Origin: Bacteroidota bacterium
GTDB taxonomy: Bacteria > Bacteroidota > Bacteroidia > NS11-12g > UBA955
Reading direction: 5' to 3'
DNA: 64,000 nt
NCBI GenBank assembly: GCA_013205405.1
Contig: JABMMZ010000041.1
Coordinates: forward strand, 9,718-73,717
Of the stretch, positions 57,914-64,000 are shown piece by piece (within the stretch, counting starts at the first letter, position 1; every line of letters begins with the position of its first letter). The notes under the pieces were generated by a model. It saw nothing but the letters and a program-made list of their open reading frames with translations. It did not search any database and had not been told where the DNA came from. The position numbers and the translations under genes are program-made.

Positions 57914-59179
57914 ATGACATTTGAAAATTCTTTAAATTATGCCAATCAACTAGATAGCAATGATATTCTAAGACACTTTAGAAATGAATTTTATATTCCA
58001 GAAGTGAATGGTAAAACAAGTATTTATTTAACCGGTAATTCTTTAGGATGTATGCCAAAAGCGGCTGAAACAGCTATTCAAATAGAATTTAATGATTGGA
58101 AAAATTTAGGTGTTGAGGGCCATTTTAAAGGAACAAATCCGTGGATGTATTACCATCATTTTTTAACAGATAATGCAGCAAAAATTATTGGTGCCAAACC
58201 TATTGAAACCGTGGTTATGAATCAGTTATCTTCCAACCTTCATTTTTTATTTGTTAGCTTTTACAGACCTACAGCTAAACGACATAAAATAATAATGGAA
58301 GTAGGGGCATTTCCTAGCGATATGTATTTAGTAGAATCGCAAGTAAAGTATCATGGTTTTAATCTAGCGGATAGTATTATTGAAGTAAAACCACGCAAAG
58401 GAGAACATACCATTAGTCACCAGGATATTATAGATACCATAGAGGAGCATCAGAATGAATTGGCCCTAGTTTATTTTAGTGGGGTGCAATATTATACAGG
58501 GCAAGTATTTAACATCAAAGAAATTACAGAAAAAGCCCATGCATGTGGCGTTATAGCAGGTTTTGATTTGGCGCATGCTGTGGGTAATATTGAGCTTAAA
58601 TTGAATGAATGGCATGTAGATTTTGCAGCTTGGTGTAGTTATAAATATTTGAATAGTGGACCAGGTAGTGTAGGCGGTATTTATGTCAATGAAAAATATG
58701 CCAATGATGATACTTTACCTCGTTTTGCGGGTTGGTGGGGTCATGATGAAGACAGTCGTTTTAAAATGTTGAAGGGATTCATACCTTCAAAAGGAGCACA
58801 GGGTTGGCAAGTAAGCAATGCAGCTGTTTTGAGTATGTGTGTACACAAGGCCTCTTTAGAAATATTTGCTAAAGCAGGTATCGAAAACATTACAGCTAAA
58901 GGAAAACAATTGAATGCGTATTTGCAATATGTGATTGAAGAAGCGTTAAACGCTAACCCTAAATTAAATTTACAAATTATAACGCCAGATTATCCTGAAA
59001 GGGGTTGTCAAATAAGTATGTTAACCGATGAAAATGGTAAAGCTTTATTTGATTATTTAACTGATCATGGGGTAATAGCTGATTGGCGTAATCCAAATGT
59101 TATAAGAGTGGCTCCAGTTGCATTATACAGTAGCTTTGCCGATGTGTTTGAGTTTGGCCATATTTTAAAAAATTATTAA
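57914..59179 (+). CDS. kynU: Kynureninase
   Basis: PLP-dependent fold. WCSYKYLNSGPG pyridoxal-Lys region. RFAGWWGH motif. Confidence 0.92.
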   Translation: MTFENSLNYANQLDSNDILRHFRNEFYIPEVNGKTSIYLTGNSLGCMPKAAETAIQIEFNDWKNLGVEGHFKGTNPWMYYHHFLTDNAAKIIGAKPIETVVMNQLSSNLHFLFVSFYRPTAKRHKIIMEVGAFPSDMYLVESQVKYHGFNLADSIIEVKPRKGEHTISHQDIIDTIEEHQNELALVYFSGVQYYTGQVFNIKEITEKAHACGVIAGFDLAHAVGNIELKLNEWHVDFAAWCSYKYLNSGPGSVGGIYVNEKYANDDTLPRFAGWWGHDEDSRFKMLKGFIPSKGAQGWQVSNAAVLSMCVHKASLEIFAKAGIENITAKGKQLNAYLQYVIEEALNANPKLNLQIITPDYPERGCQISMLTDENGKALFDYLTDHGVIADWRNPNVIRVAPVALYSSFADVFEFGHILKNY

Positions 59180-59183
59180 GAAA

Positions 59184-60032
59184 ATGAATTATTACGAAAT
59201 AACTCTTACTGTATGTGAGCCAGTAGATGAGAATGTAGAAATAGTATCTGCCTACTTAGGGGAATTTGGTTTTGAGGGTTCAGCTGAAGATGAAATAGTA
59301 AAAGCCTATAAACCCATAAGTGATATTACGGAAGATGATATCAATTTATTAGTGAATGAATTAATAGAAAAGAAATTATGTTTTGATGATTTCTCAATAG
59401 AAATTCTAGCACCTAAAAACTGGAATGAGGAATGGGAAAAAAATTATTTTCAACCCATTGTTATTGGCGACCAATGTTTAATAAAAAGCAGCTTTCATGA
59501 AACCCCTTTGAAAGCTAAATACGAAATTATTATTGACCCTAAAATGAGTTTTGGAACCGGTCATCATGAAACTACAAGTATGATGGTGGAGTATATATTA
59601 ACAGAGAATTTGAAAGATAGAACTGTTATGGATATGGGCACAGGAACGGGAATTTTAGGGATATTGGCCTGTATGGTTGGTTGTAAAAATTTAATTGGAA
59701 TTGATAATGATACTTGGTGTTATGAAAATGCACAAGAGAATATTACACTTAATAAGATTTCTAATTTTGAGATGCGTTTAGGTGATGCTGGTCTATTGAA
59801 ATCCTACCCGCATCAATTTGATATATTTATAGCCAATATAAACCGACATATTCTATTGGCAGATATTAAATATTATGTTGAAAGTATGAAGCCTAATTCT
59901 ACACTTTTATTAAGTGGGTTTTACGAAGATGATTTAGTTGATATTAAAGCAGAATGTGAAAAGAATGGCTTAATGTTTGTTGAAAGAAAAGTAAAGAAAA
60001 ACTGGGTAGGGGCTAAGTTTATATTAGGGTAA
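59184..60032 (+). CDS. prmA: Ribosomal protein L11 methyltransferase
   Basis: DPKMSFGTGHHETT and DMGTGTGILG SAM-binding motifs. Confidence 0.9.
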   Translation: MNYYEITLTVCEPVDENVEIVSAYLGEFGFEGSAEDEIVKAYKPISDITEDDINLLVNELIEKKLCFDDFSIEILAPKNWNEEWEKNYFQPIVIGDQCLIKSSFHETPLKAKYEIIIDPKMSFGTGHHETTSMMVEYILTENLKDRTVMDMGTGTGILGILACMVGCKNLIGIDNDTWCYENAQENITLNKISNFEMRLGDAGLLKSYPHQFDIFIANINRHILLADIKYYVESMKPNSTLLLSGFYEDDLVDIKAECEKNGLMFVERKVKKNWVGAKFILG

Positions 60033-60090
60033 AAATTACTTTTTACAATACTCATCCGATTTAGAAACTTCAGTGGTATTAATATCTATA

Positions 60091-60597
60091 TCATTTTACG
60101 AATGCATAAGCACCCCCATTTAAAAAATTTCTCGAAAAAAAGAACCATTTATGGTCTTGTATTTGATTGTAAAAGTATATTTCGTGTTCTTTTTCTTTCA
60201 TGCCCATTTTATATAATATTTTATCGTGGTTTTTAATACCTATTGAATAAAAATAATGTAGCATTTTAAAATACTAGCAAACATTGCCTCCTTCCAATCT
60301 TCCTGCAAAATAAAATTGCATAAACCAACCTATTATATAACAACTCGCGCTTATTAATTTACCAAATAAATAGAATCTAATCTCAAAATACTGAGAGGGT
60401 TTAATCTCATAGATATTCATAAGGGCTATAAATTTAGCCCTATGGGTCCATTCATCCAATTCTATTTGGTGAACATTAGCTATTGCATCTTTATTTTTTA
60501 GCGAGCCAGCATGCCCTTGATAATCAAAAGCAGCAGCCTTTTCGGCACTATAAGCCATTTGCAGCAGGCGTTATAGTTTAGATGATTTAATTGCATT
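60091..60597 (-). pseudogene. Ferritin-like (diiron, demethoxyubiquinone-hydroxylase-like) family gene with two in-frame stops and no clean start
   Basis: One reading frame gives KNAIKSSKL*RLLQMAYSAEKAAAFDYQGHAGSL...IELDEWTHR...GWFMQFYFAGRLEGGNVC*YFKML...MKEKEHEIYF...FVK. In-frame TAA at 60571-60573 and in-frame TAG at 60274-60276. The only nearby ATG upstream is in another frame. Confidence 0.7.
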
Positions 60598-60600
60598 TTT

Positions 60601-62148
60601 TTAACCTGCCCAATTTTCCCTATCCAAACTTCTATATTGTATAGCCTCTGCCAAATGTTCTATTTTAATTTTTTCACTTTGAGCTAAATCAGCAATGGTT
60701 CTGCTTACTTTTAATATTCTATCATAGGCTCTTGCGCTTAAATTAAGTTTAGCCATAGCGGTTTTAAGGAGTTGTGTACCTGCTTCACTTATTTGACATA
60801 TATCTTTTACTTGATTACTGGCCATTTGTGCATTGTTATACACCCCATTTTTCCCAGAATATCTTTCCGATTGAATATCTCTCGCTTTTTGAACTCTTTC
60901 ACGAACTACTTCGCTTTTTTCATTGGTACGTTTTCTACTCGCCAATTCTTCAAAGCTTACGGGTGTTACTTCTATATGAATATCTATTCTATCTAATAAA
61001 GGGCCACTTATTTTACTTAAATATTTTTGTACTATACCTGGGCCGCATACACAGTCTTTTTCAGGATGGTTAAAATAACCACACGGACAAGGATTCATGC
61101 TGGCTACCAACATAAAACTAGCGGGATAATCTACCGAAAATTTAGCCCGTGAAATATTTACTTTTCTATCTTCTAATGGCTGACGCATTACCTCTAAAAC
61201 GGTGCGTTTAAACTCAGGCAATTCATCTAAAAATAAAACACCATTATGTGCTAAAGATATTTCTCCCGGTTGGGGTACACCGCCACCGCCTACTAAGGCA
61301 ACATCGCTTATGGTATGGTGTGGCGAGCGAAAAGGTCTGTGTGCTACAAGTCCAGAATTATCGCCTAGTTTACCAGCTACTGAATGTATTTTAGTGGTTT
61401 CTAAGGCTTCATGCAAAGTCATAGGGGGTAAAATAGTAGGTAGGCGCTTGGCTAACATTGTTTTACCAGCACCAGGCGGACCAATTAATATAATATTATG
61501 ACCACCAGCAGCAGCTATTTCCATAGCTCTTTTTATATTTTCTTGACCTTGCACATCAGAAAAATCTAAATCAAATTCAGATATTGCATTGGCAAAATCA
61601 GCTCTTGGATCTACTATTATTTGTTCTAATTTATGAAAGCCATTAAAAAAACCAACCACATCTGTTATGTTTTCAACGCCATACACCTCAAGACCTTTTA
61701 CAATGGCGGCCTCTTTAGCATTTTGCAAGGGTAAAATAAATCCTTTAAAACCTTCTTTTTGTGCTTGAATAGCTATAGGTAATGCGCCTTTGATAGGTAA
61801 AATACTGCCATCGAGTGATAACTCACCCATAATAATATATTCCGACACAGACATTTCACTTTCTATTTGTCCGCTGGCTGCTAATATGCCTGTAGCTATG
61901 GTTAAATCGTACGCGCTTCCTTCTTTTTTAATATCGGCTGGTGCCATATTTACCACTACTTTTTTTCGTGGTACACTTAAGTCATTATTTTTAAAAGCTG
62001 TAGCTATACGCAACCAACTTTCCTTTACAGCATTATCTGGCAAACCTACAAGGGCATAACTTGCACCATCGCCACTTACATTTACTTCTACTGTAATAGT
62101 GTAGGCATTTACACCGTATACAGCACTACCAAAGGTTTTAACTAACAT
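60601..62148 (-). CDS. comM: YifB/ComM family Mg-chelatase-like AAA+ ATPase
   Basis: Lon-like N-terminal domain. Walker A GPPGAGKTM, FLDELPEF, and a C-terminal Mg-chelatase subunit ChlI-like region. Confidence 0.92.
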   Translation of the reverse strand: MLVKTFGSAVYGVNAYTITVEVNVSGDGASYALVGLPDNAVKESWLRIATAFKNNDLSVPRKKVVVNMAPADIKKEGSAYDLTIATGILAASGQIESEMSVSEYIIMGELSLDGSILPIKGALPIAIQAQKEGFKGFILPLQNAKEAAIVKGLEVYGVENITDVVGFFNGFHKLEQIIVDPRADFANAISEFDLDFSDVQGQENIKRAMEIAAAGGHNIILIGPPGAGKTMLAKRLPTILPPMTLHEALETTKIHSVAGKLGDNSGLVAHRPFRSPHHTISDVALVGGGGVPQPGEISLAHNGVLFLDELPEFKRTVLEVMRQPLEDRKVNISRAKFSVDYPASFMLVASMNPCPCGYFNHPEKDCVCGPGIVQKYLSKISGPLLDRIDIHIEVTPVSFEELASRKRTNEKSEVVRERVQKARDIQSERYSGKNGVYNNAQMASNQVKDICQISEAGTQLLKTAMAKLNLSARAYDRILKVSRTIADLAQSEKIKIEHLAEAIQYRSLDRENWAG

Positions 62149-62174
62149 TTTATTAAAAAATAACCAAATAAATT

Positions 62175-62813
62175 TTAAAACAATCCGTTCAATTCTGCTT
62201 CAATTTTATTGATAACAAAATTGGCATCTGAGGAATCATTTTCAAAATCAAGTTCATCTATATCTAAAATAATTAAACGACCTGTTTTGTAACTGCTTAT
62301 CCATGCTTCGTAACGCTCATTTAAGCGTTTAAGATAATCTAAACGAATACTATCTTCATAGTCTCTGCCACGTTGTTGTATTTGCTTCACTAAAGTAGGA
62401 ATACTACCACGTAAATAGATTAATAAATCAGGTGGTTGAATCATACTGTTCAAGGAGTCGTACAAAGCCATGTAATTGTCAAAATCGCGAGTGCTCATTA
62501 AGCCCATTGCATGCAAATTAGGGGCAAAAATACAGGCATCCTCATACATCGTTCTATCTTGAATAACTGTTTTTTTACTATCTCTAATCTTACGAATATT
62601 ATTAAACCTAATATTTAAAAAATAGACCTGCAAATTAAAACTCCAACGTTGCATATCTTCGTAAAAATCACTTATATATGGATTGTCGTCCATATCCTCT
62701 AATTGAATATCCCAATTGTAATGTTTGGCTAAAATATTTGTAAGCGTAGTTTTGCCACTTCCTATATTACCAGCTACTGCTATATGCATTACCTTGTTTT
62801 GTCCTTTTGCCAT
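62175..62813 (-). CDS. Deoxynucleoside kinase
   Basis: P-loop GNIGSGKTT, DR(T/S) and the arginine-rich LID region RGRDYE. Size is typical of the dNK/dCK/dGK family. Confidence 0.88.
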   Translation of the reverse strand: MAKGQNKVMHIAVAGNIGSGKTTLTNILAKHYNWDIQLEDMDDNPYISDFYEDMQRWSFNLQVYFLNIRFNNIRKIRDSKKTVIQDRTMYEDACIFAPNLHAMGLMSTRDFDNYMALYDSLNSMIQPPDLLIYLRGSIPTLVKQIQQRGRDYEDSIRLDYLKRLNERYEAWISSYKTGRLIILDIDELDFENDSSDANFVINKIEAELNGLF

Positions 62814-62846
62814 CTTACTGCAAACTTATTGGTTTTATTCTACAAA

Positions 62847-63695
62847 TTAGGACTTTAACTTAAAATTGTGGAAATTTATTTCAAATTTATTATCATACAC
62901 AAAAACCCATGCCATAGGTAAAAAACACATAAATATGCCTAAATTCATTAAAAACCAGTCAGAAACATGAAATAAAATCAAAAAAATGAAAAGTATTTTA
63001 TTGTATTTGTTACTTAATATACCTGCTAAAAAAGATAATTGTAAAGCAATTGCAGATAAAAGAATGCCATATCCAATTAATGGATTGTCAATTAACCATG
63101 CATATATTTTTGTTTGCAAACTATTAGGATTAAAATACATGAAACCAGCATGTTGCCCTTGCAGCAAATTAGAAAAATTATCAGGGAAGGCCCAAGCTTT
63201 GTGTAATATTTTAAAAAAACCAGAACTTGCATAGTTTAAGCAAACTATAATACGTGCAAATCCTACTGCCCAATTAAATAAATTTTGATGAAAATAAAAA
63301 GGAAACAAAGCAACGTGAAAGCCAAAAAGATAATGGGCATGGTATCCAATTTTATAATTGAATAGAATATGATATATCAGCATTAATAAGCCTAATAAAC
63401 CCGTAAGCCATCTCTTTTTTGTAAAAATGAAAGATGAAATTAAGGTCAGGAAAATAATTAAATCAAAATAGAATGCTGAATAATAATTGTATACTATAAT
63501 TCTTAGCAATTGCGTAAAACTTACCAGCCAGTATGTTATATCGCCACCTTTAAACTGAAATGGAGAATCATAAACATGACTTATAGCCATACCATGTGAA
63601 AAAAAATAAAAATAAGCAATGCCAATTATTCCAATTACAATGCGTTTCCAAAAATTTGGATTGCTTTTATGTTTATGGTAAAATAATTTCAGCAT
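62847..63695 (-). CDS. Hypothetical polytopic membrane protein
   Basis: 282 aa, about 8 TM helices. Overlaps the upstream ORF by 23 nt, which suggests an operon. Confidence 0.55.
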   Translation of the reverse strand: MLKLFYHKHKSNPNFWKRIVIGIIGIAYFYFFSHGMAISHVYDSPFQFKGGDITYWLVSFTQLLRIIVYNYYSAFYFDLIIFLTLISSFIFTKKRWLTGLLGLLMLIYHILFNYKIGYHAHYLFGFHVALFPFYFHQNLFNWAVGFARIIVCLNYASSGFFKILHKAWAFPDNFSNLLQGQHAGFMYFNPNSLQTKIYAWLIDNPLIGYGILLSAIALQLSFLAGILSNKYNKILFIFLILFHVSDWFLMNLGIFMCFLPMAWVFVYDNKFEINFHNFKLKS

Positions 63696-64000
63696 TATTT
63701 ATAAGTTGAGCATTTTTAAAACCAAAATTGATAAGCTTGTAATTAGCAGGTAAGTCTAAATTAGTAGCGTGGGCATATTTTACAAACCATGTTTTAAAAG
63801 GTTTTAAATTTTCACAATCATTGGCTTGATTTTGCAAACCCCAAAATGCTAATTTATAATTAAATTGGCTGCAATTTTTTTTTTGAATCAGGGCATTATA
63901 TCGCGCAGGAAGCGTTTCAAACATAAAAGAACTCGACCAGCTGTTGTTGTATATATCTATGGGTTTTCCTGCACTATCTGCAGGTATTATTTGGGTATAA
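63673..64000 (-). CDS. Hypothetical protein, C-terminal part (5' end lies outside the window)
   Basis: The frame stays open from the window edge to TAA at 63673-63675 (...IIPADSAGKPIDIYNNSWSSSFMFETLPARYN...). The 83-aa ORF in the track is only its tail. Confidence 0.5.
   Translation of the reverse strand, partial: YTQIIPADSAGKPIDIYNNSWSSSFMFETLPARYNALIQKKNCSQFNYKLAFWGLQNQANDCENLKPFKTWFVKYAHATNLDLPANYKLINFGFKNAQLINNAEIILP

Noticed and set aside
61202-62059. Two plus-strand ORFs (99 and 89 aa) inside the comM/yifB gene region
   Set aside because: They are antisense to a fully motif-supported AAA+ ATPase gene and have Pro/Gly/Ser-rich artefactual translations.
1-64000. TGA-to-sense recoding (genetic code 4 or 25) as the reason for zero TGA stops
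   Set aside because: Standard-code translation already gives long, tightly packed, motif-complete ORFs, including one of 2417 aa. TGA is therefore not used as a sense codon inside genes here.

Overview
Visibly AT-rich chromosomal segment (about one-third GC by eye, not computed), tightly packed with genes. I assign it to a low-GC member of the Bacteroidota. Support: a GldA/GldF/GldG-type ABC operon; a 2417-aa adhesin ending in a T9SS type-B (gliding-motility-associated) C-terminal domain; TamB/TsaD; the TPR/DUF4292/M23 cluster; repeated TAnnTTTG -7 promoter boxes. Most genes are housekeeping: sucB, hbd, dut, pyrC, tsaD, ribD, prmC, der, mrp, nifU-like, tdk, kynU, prmA, comM/yifB, dNK. I found no rRNA, tRNA, CRISPR array, transposase, integrase or recognisable defence island, and no convincing novel multi-gene system. 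Three things stand out. (1) Gene decay is dense for 64 kb. At least six loci are interrupted by in-frame stops, homopolymer frameshifts or internal deletions: a DUF853 ATPase, a dodecin, a two-component sensor/regulator, an MsbA-type ABC exporter, a ferritin-like protein and a split lipoprotein. (2) Stop-codon use is extremely skewed: 41 TAA, 5 TAG and 0 TGA among the 46 CDS stop codons I read. (3) A 677-bp gene-free gap between convergent genes, just 3' of the giant adhesin, holds an isolated GC-rich hairpin element and a 98-nt cloverleaf-like fold. Either could be a REP/MITE-type repeat or an unannotated RNA. Two promoter-associated small ORFs below the 60-aa cutoff are also reported. All homology calls come from motifs I recognise in the supplied translations. 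No searches were run.
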